Shown piece after piece: positions 28,209 through 37,703 of a DNA stretch of 64,000 bases (the stretch's first letter is position 1; every line of letters begins with the position of its first letter). This DNA is from Eubacteriales bacterium. GTDB lineage: Bacteria; Bacillota; Clostridia; Oscillospirales; CAG-272. A model generated the notes under the pieces. That model was not told the origin of the DNA, searched no databases, and saw only the letters and a program-made list of their open reading frames with translations. The position numbers and the translations under genes were made by a program. The DNA lies in assembly GCA_045576815.1 (NCBI GenBank), contig JAZNHD010000055.1, forward strand, positions 14,868-78,867, given 5' to 3'.

Positions 28209-28916
28209 TTAATTATACCTTCTGCGGTCGTAAACCCGTATAGTCAGGAAGACAAATATGCCCGCGGCAGAAAGGTAGTATATAAGCGAGGCTATATCGA
28301 AATAGCCGTTCGTGAAGCTCTGGAATCTCGTGAATACCGAAAGGGAATCAAGCAGGAATCTGAGCCAATATTCCGTCGGCAAAAGCGAGCTGATAAGACC
28401 TATCGCGAGAAAGGCAAGTATAATAGCCATAGTACCAACCGCCGCGGTAAGCTGATTTTCTGTAAGCGAGGACACGAAAAGTCCGATAGAAATAAACACG
28501 AGACCGACGAGCAGCATGGCCAAAACGTTACCGATAAGCACAGCTAGCTTTACCTCTGCGTAGGGTGCGAGTATGATGAAGTAAAGAGAGGAGAAAAGAA
28601 GGGCGCCAGCGTACATAATGTATGATGCAAGGAGCTTTCCGAAAACGACGCCCGTAATCGACACAGGGGAGGTCATAAGCAGCTGCTCCGTGCGCATTTT
28701 CCTTTCCTCACTAAAGGATTTCATAGTCAGAATCGGCAGAATAATTGCCGAGAAAAGAAGCATAAAGGTAAAATATGCCGTAACGTCAGCACTCATTGAA
28801 AAAAGCGTCGTGTAGCTGAAAACGGCTGCAGAAACCGCCAGAAAGGAAGCGAGGAAAACATATCCTACAACACCGGTAAAATAAGCTCGCAGTTCTCTTT
28901 TTAATATTGCAATCAT
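28209..28916 (-). CDS. ABC-2 type permease (GldF-like)
   Basis: 235 aa, about 6 TM helices, starting MIAILKRELRAYFTGVVGYVFLA, typical of the ABC-2 family. Confidence 0.8.
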   Translation of the reverse strand: MIAILKRELRAYFTGVVGYVFLASFLAVSAAVFSYTTLFSMSADVTAYFTFMLLFSAIILPILTMKSFSEERKMRTEQLLMTSPVSITGVVFGKLLASYIMYAGALLFSSLYFIILAPYAEVKLAVLIGNVLAMLLVGLVFISIGLFVSSLTENQLTAAVGTMAIILAFLAIGLISSLLPTEYWLRFLLDSLSVFTRFQSFTNGYFDIASLIYYLSAAGIFVFLTIRVYDRRRYN

Positions 28917-28934
28917 TGCTTTTCCCTCTCTTTC

Positions 28935-29912
28935 TTACCTTCTCGATTTTGCACGTCGGCCGCCCGCTACCGCAGGGTTGTCGGATTTTTCAACGAGTCT
29001 TATGAATACGCTCTCAAGGTCGGTGCCCACAGCGGAAAGACCGATTATAGGCCAGCCGCCTTTTGAGCAGACATTGAAAATGGGCTTTCTCACGTCGGTG
29101 CCTCTTTCACTTTCAACAACGTACGCATACGCGTCTCCGTCTCTCGTGCCGGTTGCCTCAACGTCCTTTACGCCAACGATTTTTTTAAGCGCCGCAAGCA
29201 CGTCCTGCTGGGGACCCGCAATCTTAACCTCATAGCGATAGCCCTCTTCGATAGTCCTCGTTATCTCGTCGGTGCGCTCGTCAGCGATTATCTTACCCTT
29301 GTTTATGATGATAACTCTCTCACAAACAGCCTGTACCTCTGCAAGAATGTGAGTTGAGAGTATAACAGTGTGGCGCCGTCCGAGCGTTCTTATAAGATTT
29401 CTGACCTCGAGAATCTGCTTCGGGTCAAGGCCAACCGTCGGCTCGTCGAATATTATAACCTTCGGGTCACCGATAAGCGCCTGAGCTATGCCGACTCTCT
29501 GCTTATAGCCCTTCGAGAGATTGCGGATAAGTCTCTTTTTAACGTCGGCAATTTTGGTCACCGACATAATCTCCTCAAGGTGCTCATCGTGCTCGATAGT
29601 ACAGCTCTTAAGCTCGTACACGAAGTCGAGATATTCCTCAACCGTCATATCCGGATAAAGAGGAGGCTGCTCGGGAAGAAACCCTATGGATTTTTTCGCA
29701 TCTATGGGATTTTCAACTATATTTATACCGCCGACCGACGCCTCGCCTGAGCTAGAGGAGAGATATCCCGTAAGTATATTCATAGTCGTACTCTTGCCCG
29801 CACCGTTAGGTCCGAGCAATCCTACGACCTCACCCTCTCCAATCTCAAAGGAGATGTCGTTTAGGGCGTAATTGTTTCCGTATCTTTTAACAAGATTCTT
29901 AACCTTTACCAT
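28935..29912 (-). CDS. ABC transporter ATP-binding protein (GldA-like)
   Basis: Walker A GPNGAGKST, signature LSKGYKQR and Walker B IIFDEPTVGLD are present. I preferred the ATG at 29912 (MVKVKNL...) over the track start at 29951. Confidence 0.9.
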   Translation of the reverse strand: MVKVKNLVKRYGNNYALNDISFEIGEGEVVGLLGPNGAGKSTTMNILTGYLSSSSGEASVGGINIVENPIDAKKSIGFLPEQPPLYPDMTVEEYLDFVYELKSCTIEHDEHLEEIMSVTKIADVKKRLIRNLSKGYKQRVGIAQALIGDPKVIIFDEPTVGLDPKQILEVRNLIRTLGRRHTVILSTHILAEVQAVCERVIIINKGKIIADERTDEITRTIEEGYRYEVKIAGPQQDVLAALKKIVGVKDVEATGTRDGDAYAYVVESERGTDVRKPIFNVCSKGGWPIIGLSAVGTDLESVFIRLVEKSDNPAVAGGRRAKSRR

Positions 29913-30120
29913 TTTGCATGTCCTTTCGCCTTTACATAAATTGGCTGCCAAGCGTACACCCGGCAGCTCGAATTTTCGTTTTGGCTATTGCTTTAGCTAA
30001 AATATAAAATATTATATCATATAAATATAGACAAACTGTGAACGATTTTGTAAAAATATGTGCCGAGATATAAATATTTCGTGACGGTACCGAAAAAGAT
30101 GGCAAAGTGTGGAATATCTC

Positions 30121-30149
30121 TTGACAAAACGGCAGGATAAGTGTATAAT
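30121..30149 (+). promoter_or_regulatory. Putative sigma-A promoter of trpS
   Basis: TTGACA, 17 nt, TGtTATAAT (extended -10). Confidence 0.6.
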
Positions 30150-30188
30150 TTCTTTATCATTTGAAGAGTGTCACGAAAGGAAAAAGTG

Positions 30189-31184
30189 ATGATTGCCGAT
30201 AAAAAAATCGTTTTCTCGGGTGTTCAGCCCTCGGGAAATCTTACCATAGGAAACTACCTCGGCGCGATTAAGAATTTCTCGCGCTTCTCCGAGGATTATA
30301 AAACCTTTTACTGCGTGGTTGACCTGCACGCTATAACCGTAAGGCAGGTGCCTGCCGAGCTGCGCCGCAGAACCTACGAGACCTTGGCCCTCTATATGGC
30401 GTGCGGCCTTGACGAGAAAAAGAATACGCTTTTTGTGCAGTCACACGTGCCGGCGCACGCTGAGCTCGGTTGGATTCTCGACTGCTACACGATGTTTGGC
30501 GAGCTTTCTCGTATGACGCAGTTTAAAGACAAGAGCCAAAAGCACTCGCAGAATATAAACGCAGGTCTTTTCACATACCCCTCTCTTATGGCGGCCGACA
30601 TTCTCCTTTATCAGACCGACCTCGTGCCCGTAGGCATTGACCAGAAGCAGCACCTCGAGCTATCCCGAGATATAGCTCTTCGCTTCAATCAAATTTACGG
30701 CGACACATTCACCGTGCCCGAGGGTTATATTCCCACCGATACGATGAAAATTATGTCGCTTGCCGAGCCCACCTCGAAGATGTCGAAGTCCGATACTAAT
30801 CAGAATGCCGTCGTATATATCCTTGACTCAAAGGACGATATAATCCGCAAGTTTAAAAAGGCAGTTACCGACTCCGAAGCAGAGGTAAGATACTCCGAGG
30901 ATAAGCCCGGTGTTTCCAACCTTATGACTATCTACCGCGCATTCACCGGCAAGAGCCTTGATGAAATCGAAAGAGAGTTTTCCGGCCGCGGATACGGAGA
31001 CTTTAAGCTCGCCGTAGGAGAAGTTTGCGCTGACGGACTTGCCCCCGTAAGAGACGAGTTTGCACGGCTTATGGCGGATAAGGCACATCTCGAGGCAGTC
31101 ATGAAGTCAGGCGCTGACGAGGCGGCATATTACGCAAGAAAAACCATGTCCAAGGTCAGAAGAAAGATTGGTTTTGTTAACTAA
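30189..31184 (+). CDS. trpS: Tryptophanyl-tRNA synthetase
   Basis: Class I motifs are present (GVQPSGNLTIGNYLG and KMSKS). 331 aa from ATG 30189. Confidence 0.9.
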   Translation: MIADKKIVFSGVQPSGNLTIGNYLGAIKNFSRFSEDYKTFYCVVDLHAITVRQVPAELRRRTYETLALYMACGLDEKKNTLFVQSHVPAHAELGWILDCYTMFGELSRMTQFKDKSQKHSQNINAGLFTYPSLMAADILLYQTDLVPVGIDQKQHLELSRDIALRFNQIYGDTFTVPEGYIPTDTMKIMSLAEPTSKMSKSDTNQNAVVYILDSKDDIIRKFKKAVTDSEAEVRYSEDKPGVSNLMTIYRAFTGKSLDEIEREFSGRGYGDFKLAVGEVCADGLAPVRDEFARLMADKAHLEAVMKSGADEAAYYARKTMSKVRRKIGFVN

Positions 31185-31210
31185 ACCGCTCGTTTTGACA
31201 ACTATAATTT

Positions 31211-31250
31211 ACAAAAGCGCAACAGCAGAAACTGTTGCGCTTTTGTTTTT
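31211..31250 (+). terminator. Intrinsic terminator of trpS
   Basis: 15-bp hairpin ACAAAAGCGCAACAG/CTGTTGCGCTTTTGT followed by TTTTT. Confidence 0.8.
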
Positions 31251-31370
31251 CGACCCGACAATGAAAAATGAAAAGTTCATTTTTTCGCCTTGACACCCTT
31301 CCATTTTTCAAAACCGTATCTTTTACAATCTCAATAATGAGTGCGTAAATATCTTTTTTACAAAAATCTA

Positions 31371-31399
31371 TTGACAAAACAAGAATTTAGTATTATAAT
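31371..31399 (+). promoter_or_regulatory. Putative sigma-A promoter of the citrate synthase-aconitase-IDH cluster
   Basis: TTGACA (31371-31376), 17 nt, TATAAT (31394-31399). Confidence 0.6.
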
Positions 31400-31408
31400 G
31401 TGTGCATA

Positions 31409-31430
31409 AATTGTATACAAGCATACAATT
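31409..31430. promoter_or_regulatory. Candidate GntR-family operator (inverted repeat)
   Basis: AATTGTAT-ACAAGC-ATACAATT has 8-nt arms. It contains the perfect palindrome TTGTATACAA, which fits the GT-N-AC core of FadR/GntR-type operators. It starts 10 nt downstream of the -10 box. Confidence 0.45.
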
Positions 31431-31450
31431 TCCCAAAAAGGAGAAAAACG

Positions 31451-32842
31451 ATGATTGCAAAGAACAAGCACACAAATCTACTCGAGCAAGCACAGTACAA
31501 GTACTCGCTTCAGGACGTTGATGAGCCTAACCTCTACCGCGAGATTTATCCCTACGACGAGGTGCCGAAGGTTGCCTTCAACCACCGCCGCGTTCCGCTC
31601 GCTATGCCTGATGAAATATGGATTACGGATACCACCTTCCGCGACGGACAGCAGTCGCGTGCGCCCTATACCGCAGAGCAGATAGTAGAGCTTTACAAGA
31701 TGATACACCGTCTTGGCGGACCTAAGGGCATAGTCCGTCAGTCTGAGTTTTTCGTCTACACAAAAAAGGACCGCACGGCAGTTGAGAAATGTATGGAGCT
31801 AGGATACGAGTTCCCCGAGATTACCACTTGGATAAGAGCTAAAAAAGAGGACTTCGAGCTCGTGCGCGATATAGGAATAAAGGAAACGGGTATTCTCGTT
31901 TCCTGCTCTGACTACCATATCTTTAAAAAGCTCGGCCTTTCAAGACAGGAGGCGCTCGACCATTATCTCGGAGTTGTAAAGCGTGCATTTGATGCGGGCA
32001 TCCGCCCGAGATGTCACCTTGAGGACATTACCCGTGCAGATTTCTACGGCTTCGTCGTTCCCTTTGTAAACGAGCTTAATGAGCTCTCTCGCGAGGCGAA
32101 AATGCCTGTCAAAATCAGAATGTGCGACACAATGGGCTACGGTGTTTCTTACCCCGGTGTTGCTCTGCCCCGAAGCGTACCCGGTATAGTTTACGGTCTT
32201 CACCACTACGCAGGAGTCGAGTCTGACATGCTTGAGTGGCACGGACACAACGACTTCTACCACGGTGTTACCAACGCCGTCAACGCGTGGCTCTACGGTG
32301 CGTCAGGTGTTAATTGCTCGATGCTCGGTATAGGTGAGAGAACGGGCAACATTCCGCTCGAGGCCATGGTTATGGAGTACGCGTCAATCCGCGGAACGCT
32401 TGACGGCATGGACACTACGGCCATCACCGATATCGCAGAGTACTTCAAGCGTGAACTCGATTATGAGATACCGCCCATGACTCCCTTCGTCGGCTCGGCA
32501 TTTAATCTCACCCGCGCGGGCGTTCACGCAGACGGTCTTATGAAGGACACTGAAATTTACAACATCTTTAACACGGAAAAAATTCTTGCCCGTCCTGCCG
32601 AAGTCGCAATCTCCAACACCTCCGGCCTTGCGGGAATTGCTTATTGGATTAATAAGCATTACGAGCTTCCCGACAACGAGGCTGTAAGCAAGCACGACGA
32701 GCTCGTCGTCACGGTTAAAGCAGAGATTGATAATCTTTACTCAGACGGCAGAACCACGCTTATGGGTGATGAGGAGCTTAAGGGAATTATCGAGACACAC
32801 TCTCCCGCACTCCGCCGGCGCAGGCTGGAGGCCGAGAGATGA
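31451..32842 (+). CDS. HMGL-family synthase, probable Re-citrate synthase (alternatively homocitrate or isopropylmalate synthase-like)
   Basis: The DTTFRDGQQ motif of the IPMS/homocitrate synthase fold is present, in 463 aa. The Re-citrate synthase call is an inference from the genomic context with aconitase and IDH. Confidence 0.6.
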   Translation: MIAKNKHTNLLEQAQYKYSLQDVDEPNLYREIYPYDEVPKVAFNHRRVPLAMPDEIWITDTTFRDGQQSRAPYTAEQIVELYKMIHRLGGPKGIVRQSEFFVYTKKDRTAVEKCMELGYEFPEITTWIRAKKEDFELVRDIGIKETGILVSCSDYHIFKKLGLSRQEALDHYLGVVKRAFDAGIRPRCHLEDITRADFYGFVVPFVNELNELSREAKMPVKIRMCDTMGYGVSYPGVALPRSVPGIVYGLHHYAGVESDMLEWHGHNDFYHGVTNAVNAWLYGASGVNCSMLGIGERTGNIPLEAMVMEYASIRGTLDGMDTTAITDIAEYFKRELDYEIPPMTPFVGSAFNLTRAGVHADGLMKDTEIYNIFNTEKILARPAEVAISNTSGLAGIAYWINKHYELPDNEAVSKHDELVVTVKAEIDNLYSDGRTTLMGDEELKGIIETHSPALRRRRLEAER

Positions 32843-33486
32843 TAAGACAGGCTTCGAAGTCGCTTGAAGAGGAGGTTTTTCTCCGTCTTGAAGAGGATAT
32901 CCTCGGGGGCGTGTTGAAAAAAGGCGACTCTCTTACCGAAAACTCGCTTGCAGCAAGGCTCGGTGCGAGCCGCACTCCCATAAGGGGCGCACTTCACAGA
33001 CTTGCCGAGGAAGGCCTAATCGAGCTCGTCCCCAACAAGGGTGCTGTTGTCATAGGAGTAACCGCCGAGGACCTCATTGACATTTACACAATCCGCATGC
33101 GCCTTGAGGGACTTGCCTCTGCCGAGGCGGCAAAGAAAATTTCAGACAAAGACAAAAAGGCACTTCTCGAATCGGTGGAGCTCTCCGAGTTTTATATCGG
33201 GAAGCAGGATGCCGAAAGACTTAAGGAGCTCGACTCTCAGTTTCATAACACCATTTACAAGGCATCGGGCAACCGCCTGCTTGATAAAACGCTCTCCGAG
33301 CTTCACAGAAGCATCAGAGGATACAGAAAGCTGTCTCTCACCGTTAGCGAGAGACTTTCCGCCTCGGTCACCGAGCACAGAGCAATCTACGAGGCTATCG
33401 CCCGCGGCGATAGCGAGGCTGCCGACAGGCTCACCTCGGGCCATGTTGCAGCAGCGCTCGAAAACCTACTCTCTACGATAAAATAG
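32839..33486 (+). CDS. GntR-family transcriptional regulator (FCD/FadR-type C-terminal domain)
   Basis: N-terminal winged HTH (...LTENSLAARLGASRTPIRGALHRLAEEGLI...) plus a helical FCD-like domain. The start overlaps the upstream stop (ATGA). Confidence 0.85.
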   Translation: MIRQASKSLEEEVFLRLEEDILGGVLKKGDSLTENSLAARLGASRTPIRGALHRLAEEGLIELVPNKGAVVIGVTAEDLIDIYTIRMRLEGLASAEAAKKISDKDKKALLESVELSEFYIGKQDAERLKELDSQFHNTIYKASGNRLLDKTLSELHRSIRGYRKLSLTVSERLSASVTEHRAIYEAIARGDSEAADRLTSGHVAAALENLLSTIK

Positions 33487-33498
33487 AAAGGCAATACC

Positions 33499-35433
33499 AT
33501 GGGATACACAATAGCAGAAAAAATTATAAAGAGTCACCTTGTTTCCGGAAAAATGGAAAAGGGTGCTGAAATAGGACTCCGTATCGACCAGACTCTCACG
33601 CAGGATGCCACGGGAACTATGGCATATCTTCAGCTTGAGGCCATGGGTATAGACAGAGTAAAAACCGAGCTTTCGGTTGCATACATCGACCACAACACGC
33701 TTCAGTCCGGATTTGAAAACGCAGACGACCACAGGTACATACAGACGGTTGCGAAAAAGCACGGTCTGCGCTTCTCCCGCCCCGGCAACGGCATCTGCCA
33801 TCAGGTACACCTCGAGCGCTTCGGCGTTCCGGGTAAGACACTTATCGGCTCTGACAGTCACACCCCCACGGCAGGCGGTATCGGTATGCTCGGTATGGGC
33901 GCGGGCGGTCTTGACGTTGCGGTCGCAATGGGCGGCGGTGAGTACTACATCACAATGCCTAAAATGATAAAGATAAATCTTTGCGGCAGACTTCCCGACT
34001 ACGTCGGTGCAAAGGACGTCATACTTGAGGTGCTCCGCCTTCTCGGAGTCAAGGGCGGCGTGGGCGCGATTATTGAGTATGCGGGCGAGGGTGTAAAGAC
34101 ACTATCCGTACCCCAGCGCGCAACTATTACTAATATGGGCGCGGAGCTTGGCGCAACGACCTCTATCTTCCCTGCCGACGAGATAACTCACGCGTTCCTC
34201 AAGGCTCAGCTCCGCGAGGGCGACTTCACCCCCATTTCTCCCGACCCCGATGCAAAGTACGATGCGGAATATACGGTAGACCTCTCAACGCTCCGTCCGC
34301 TTGCAGCCTGCCCTCACAGCCCCGATAACGTCGCCCCCGTGTCAAATCTTTCGGGCATGAAGATTGACCAGGTATGTATCGGCTCCTGCACAAACTCATC
34401 ACTTTCCGATATGCTGACGGTTGCCGCAATGCTCAAAGGAAAGACGGTACACCCCGACGTTTCGCTCTCCATCTCTCCCGGTTCAAAGCAGGTTTACACA
34501 ATGCTTGCCGAATGCGGCGCACTTGCGGACCTCATTAAAGCCGGTGCAAGAATTCTTGAGTGCGCTTGCGGTCCTTGCATAGGCATGGGCTTCTCTCCGA
34601 AGTCAAAAGGCATCAGCCTTCGCACCTTCAACCGCAACTTCCTTGCCCGTAGCGGTACTGCCGATGCAGGCGTTTACCTCGTCTCTCCCGAGACCGCGGC
34701 AGCTTCCGCAATAGCGGGCGTCTTCACCGACCCGACGACTCTCGGCACGGCTCCCAAAATTGAGATGCCCGAGGTGTTTACCGTCGACGATAACCTTATC
34801 GAGTCCCCCGCATCCGTCGAGGAGGCAGCAGAGGTTGCCGTTGAGCGCGGTCCCAACATTAAGCCTATCCCCAAGGGCAAGGAGCCCGACGAAAATCTTG
34901 AGTGTAAGCTCATTCTCAAGGTCGGTGACAACATCACCACCGACCACATAATGCCCGCAGGTGCAAAAATACTTCCCTACCGCTCTAACGTTCCGAAGCT
35001 CTCGGAGTTCTGCTTCACGGTTTGCGACAAGGACTTCCCCGAGCGTGCAAAGAGAGAGGGCGGCGGTGTAATACTCGGCGGACAAAACTACGGTCAGGGC
35101 TCGTCGCGCGAGCACGCAGCGCTGGTTCCGCTCTACCTCGGTGTCAGGGCGGTCGTCGCAAAGAGCTTTGCGAGAATACATATGGCAAACCTCATAAACT
35201 TCGGTATCGTACCGATGACGCTCAAAAATGAAGCCGACTACGACCTTATAAGCGAAGGCGACGATATAGTAATTGAAAACTTCCGTGAGGCAGTTGCAGG
35301 CGGCGACGAGGCAGTGCTTATCAATCGCAAAAACGGCGCACGGGTCCCCCTTATTCTTTCGTTTAGCGAAAGACAGAGAAAAATTCTTCTCGCCGGCGGC
35401 ACACTTAACTACACTAAAAATTCAAGCAAATAA
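33499..35433 (+). CDS. Aconitate hydratase
   Basis: 644 aa with aconitase motifs (GSDSHT, IGSCTNSS, CGPCIGMG) and a C-terminal swivel domain. Confidence 0.9.
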   Translation: MGYTIAEKIIKSHLVSGKMEKGAEIGLRIDQTLTQDATGTMAYLQLEAMGIDRVKTELSVAYIDHNTLQSGFENADDHRYIQTVAKKHGLRFSRPGNGICHQVHLERFGVPGKTLIGSDSHTPTAGGIGMLGMGAGGLDVAVAMGGGEYYITMPKMIKINLCGRLPDYVGAKDVILEVLRLLGVKGGVGAIIEYAGEGVKTLSVPQRATITNMGAELGATTSIFPADEITHAFLKAQLREGDFTPISPDPDAKYDAEYTVDLSTLRPLAACPHSPDNVAPVSNLSGMKIDQVCIGSCTNSSLSDMLTVAAMLKGKTVHPDVSLSISPGSKQVYTMLAECGALADLIKAGARILECACGPCIGMGFSPKSKGISLRTFNRNFLARSGTADAGVYLVSPETAAASAIAGVFTDPTTLGTAPKIEMPEVFTVDDNLIESPASVEEAAEVAVERGPNIKPIPKGKEPDENLECKLILKVGDNITTDHIMPAGAKILPYRSNVPKLSEFCFTVCDKDFPERAKREGGGVILGGQNYGQGSSREHAALVPLYLGVRAVVAKSFARIHMANLINFGIVPMTLKNEADYDLISEGDDIVIENFREAVAGGDEAVLINRKNGARVPLILSFSERQRKILLAGGTLNYTKNSSK

Positions 35434-35445
35434 GAGGACAGAAAA

Positions 35446-36615
35446 ATGCAGAACTACGAAAAAAATCTTGACGAGGCGTGTCTTAAATTTCGCAAAATCC
35501 TTGAAGGACAGCTTAAAAGAGTTGAGGATATGAAATCTCAGGGTGATTTTACCGACTACGCGGCTATCGACACTATAAAAATCGGTGTGTGCGGCGGCGA
35601 CGGCATTGGCCCTATCATCACTAAGGAAGCCGCACGCGTGCTTAAATTCATTCTTTCCGACCTTGTTGAATCCGGAAAGGTAGTCTTTACCGACATCGAC
35701 GGACTCACAATTGAAAACAGAATTGCCGCAGGCAAGGCTATCCCCGACGACGTTATGGCAGCGCTCAAGGCGTGTGACATTATCCTTAAGGGCCCGACCA
35801 CCACACCCCAGAAGGGCTCGGGTATGCCCAACATCGAGTCGGCAAACGTTGCTATGAGAAAGGCTCTCGACCTCTTTGCCAACATCCGTCCCGTAAAGGC
35901 TCCCGAAGAGGGCATAAGCTGGACCATTTTCCGCGAAAATACCGAGGGCGGCTATGCCGTCGGCTCGTCGGGCTTTAACGTTACCGAGGACCTCGCCGTT
36001 GACTTTACCGTAACCACAAAGCAGGGCTCGGACAGAATTGCCCGTCTCGCCTATGATTACGCGAGAAAGAACGGACTTAAGAGAGTCTCCCTCGTTACAA
36101 AGGCAAACATAATTAAGACCACCGACGGCAACTTCCTTGAGGATTGCCACAAGGTTGCAGATAACTATCCCGAAATCACAACCGACGAGTGGTATGCCGA
36201 CATTATGACGGCTAAGCTCGTTGACAAAAAGCGCCGCCGTGACTTCCAAGTGCTTCTTCTCCCCAACCTCTACGGCGACATTATCTCCGACGAAGCAGCA
36301 GAGTTTCAGGGCGGTGTCGGCACGGCAGGCTGTGCTAACATTGGTAAAAAGTACGCAATGTTTGAGGCAATTCACGGCTCGGCTCCGAGAATGGTGCTCG
36401 ACGGCAGAGCAAAATACGCAGACCCCTCGTCTATGCTCCGCGCATGCGTTATGCTGCTTTCCCACATAGGCTATCAGGACAGAGCCGATAAGCTCGAGCG
36501 CGCTCTTGACATCTGCGCCTTTGAGGAGAAAAAGCTCGTTATTACCGGTAGAGATACCGGTGCTACCTGCGAGGATTTTGCAGAGTACGTAATGAACACC
36601 CTAAAATCCCTTTAA
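35446..36615 (+). CDS. icd: Isocitrate dehydrogenase (isocitrate/isopropylmalate dehydrogenase family)
   Basis: 389 aa with the NLYGDIISD motif and ...FEAIHGSAP.... Context with aconitase supports isocitrate as the substrate. Cofactor specificity is unknown. Confidence 0.75.
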   Translation: MQNYEKNLDEACLKFRKILEGQLKRVEDMKSQGDFTDYAAIDTIKIGVCGGDGIGPIITKEAARVLKFILSDLVESGKVVFTDIDGLTIENRIAAGKAIPDDVMAALKACDIILKGPTTTPQKGSGMPNIESANVAMRKALDLFANIRPVKAPEEGISWTIFRENTEGGYAVGSSGFNVTEDLAVDFTVTTKQGSDRIARLAYDYARKNGLKRVSLVTKANIIKTTDGNFLEDCHKVADNYPEITTDEWYADIMTAKLVDKKRRRDFQVLLLPNLYGDIISDEAAEFQGGVGTAGCANIGKKYAMFEAIHGSAPRMVLDGRAKYADPSSMLRACVMLLSHIGYQDRADKLERALDICAFEEKKLVITGRDTGATCEDFAEYVMNTLKSL

Positions 36616-36622
36616 TAAAACT

Positions 36623-36651
36623 GCGCTCCGACCGGGGCGCTTTTTTATTTT
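36623..36651 (+). terminator. Intrinsic terminator after icd
   Basis: GC hairpin GCGCTCC/GGGGCGC followed by TTTTTTATTTTT. Confidence 0.7.
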
Positions 36652-36669
36652 TCAATCGACTCATTTCGG

Positions 36670-36698
36670 TTGACTTTACTCCTCTTTCGTGATAGAAT
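36670..36698 (+). promoter_or_regulatory. Putative sigma-A promoter of the hydrolase-peptidase pair
   Basis: TTGACT, 17 nt, TGaTAGAAT. Confidence 0.4.
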
Positions 36699-36719
36699 TG
36701 TTCTATAAGGAAGATAAAT

Positions 36720-37703
36720 ATGGAAACGGAATATATTTTTTTAATCATTTTTGGAGCGCTCGCGCTTTTTGAAGCACTCGTCATACTCATTTCGTATATA
36801 TGCTACCGCATAACCTTTATGCGAAAAATATACGGCCCGATAGACCCGCACGACGCGCTTGACAGCGAGGGAATAAGGCCCTATCGCGATGAGGCAATAC
36901 GCTTAATTTCTGAGCTTTCGGCCACCCCGTGTGAAGAAATCAGAATAAAAAGTCACGACGGACTTACTCTTTACGGCCGTTATTATAAGGGTGTTCCCGG
37001 CGCGCCTGTTGAGATACAGATGCACGGCTACCGCAGCTCAGCTCTCCGCGATTTTTCAGGCGGCACGCTCGCCTCACTTAAAAAGGGCCGGCACTTAATT
37101 CTTATTGACCAGCGCGCCCACGGATATAGCGAGGGAAGAACCATTTCCTTTGGTATAAACGAAAGATATGATGCGCTTTCTTGGATTAGTTACGCTTCCG
37201 ACAGATTCGGTAAGCGAACTCCTATAGTGCTCGTGGGTCTTTCTATGGGGGCGGCAACCGTGCTTATGGCGGGCGGACTCGACACCCCCGAAAACGTCGC
37301 CTGCATCGTAGCCGACTGCCCCTACTCCTCTCCAAAAGAAATCCTTATGCGAGTCAGTCGCCATATGGGCTTTCCTCCGCGCCTTGCTTTCCCGTTTATA
37401 AGACTAGGAGGACTTTTGTTCGGCCGCTTTGACGTTGCCTCGGGCTCTCCGATTGAAGCAGCAAAAAGCATAAAAACTCCAACGGTACTGATACACGGAG
37501 AGGCTGATAAATTCGTGCCCTGCTATATGAGCGAGCGCATATACGAATCCCTCGCCGCAGAAAAAAAGCTGATAGTCACATTCCCTAAAGCCGCGCACGG
37601 CGTCAGCTTTCTTTCCGACAACGAAAGATATCACAAAACCGTTGACCCCTTCGTAGAGGCGGCGATAAACGCATACAAAATAAAGAACGGAGAAGAAAAA
37701 TGA
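36720..37703 (+). CDS. Membrane-anchored alpha/beta-fold hydrolase
   Basis: It has an N-terminal TM helix, the nucleophile elbow GLSMGA, and the late motifs ...HGEADKFVP... and ...AAHG.... Confidence 0.75.
   Translation: METEYIFLIIFGALALFEALVILISYICYRITFMRKIYGPIDPHDALDSEGIRPYRDEAIRLISELSATPCEEIRIKSHDGLTLYGRYYKGVPGAPVEIQMHGYRSSALRDFSGGTLASLKKGRHLILIDQRAHGYSEGRTISFGINERYDALSWISYASDRFGKRTPIVLVGLSMGAATVLMAGGLDTPENVACIVADCPYSSPKEILMRVSRHMGFPPRLAFPFIRLGGLLFGRFDVASGSPIEAAKSIKTPTVLIHGEADKFVPCYMSERIYESLAAEKKLIVTFPKAAHGVSFLSDNERYHKTVDPFVEAAINAYKIKNGEEK

Noticed and set aside
29952-30188. An expected T-box leader upstream of trpS. The same check was made upstream of alaS at 53716-53876.
   Set aside because: Neither region has a GGGTGGNACCGCG T-box sequence, a Stem I AGAGA/GGUGNRA signature or a leader terminator. 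Both regions are short and are filled by a consensus-like promoter plus RBS.
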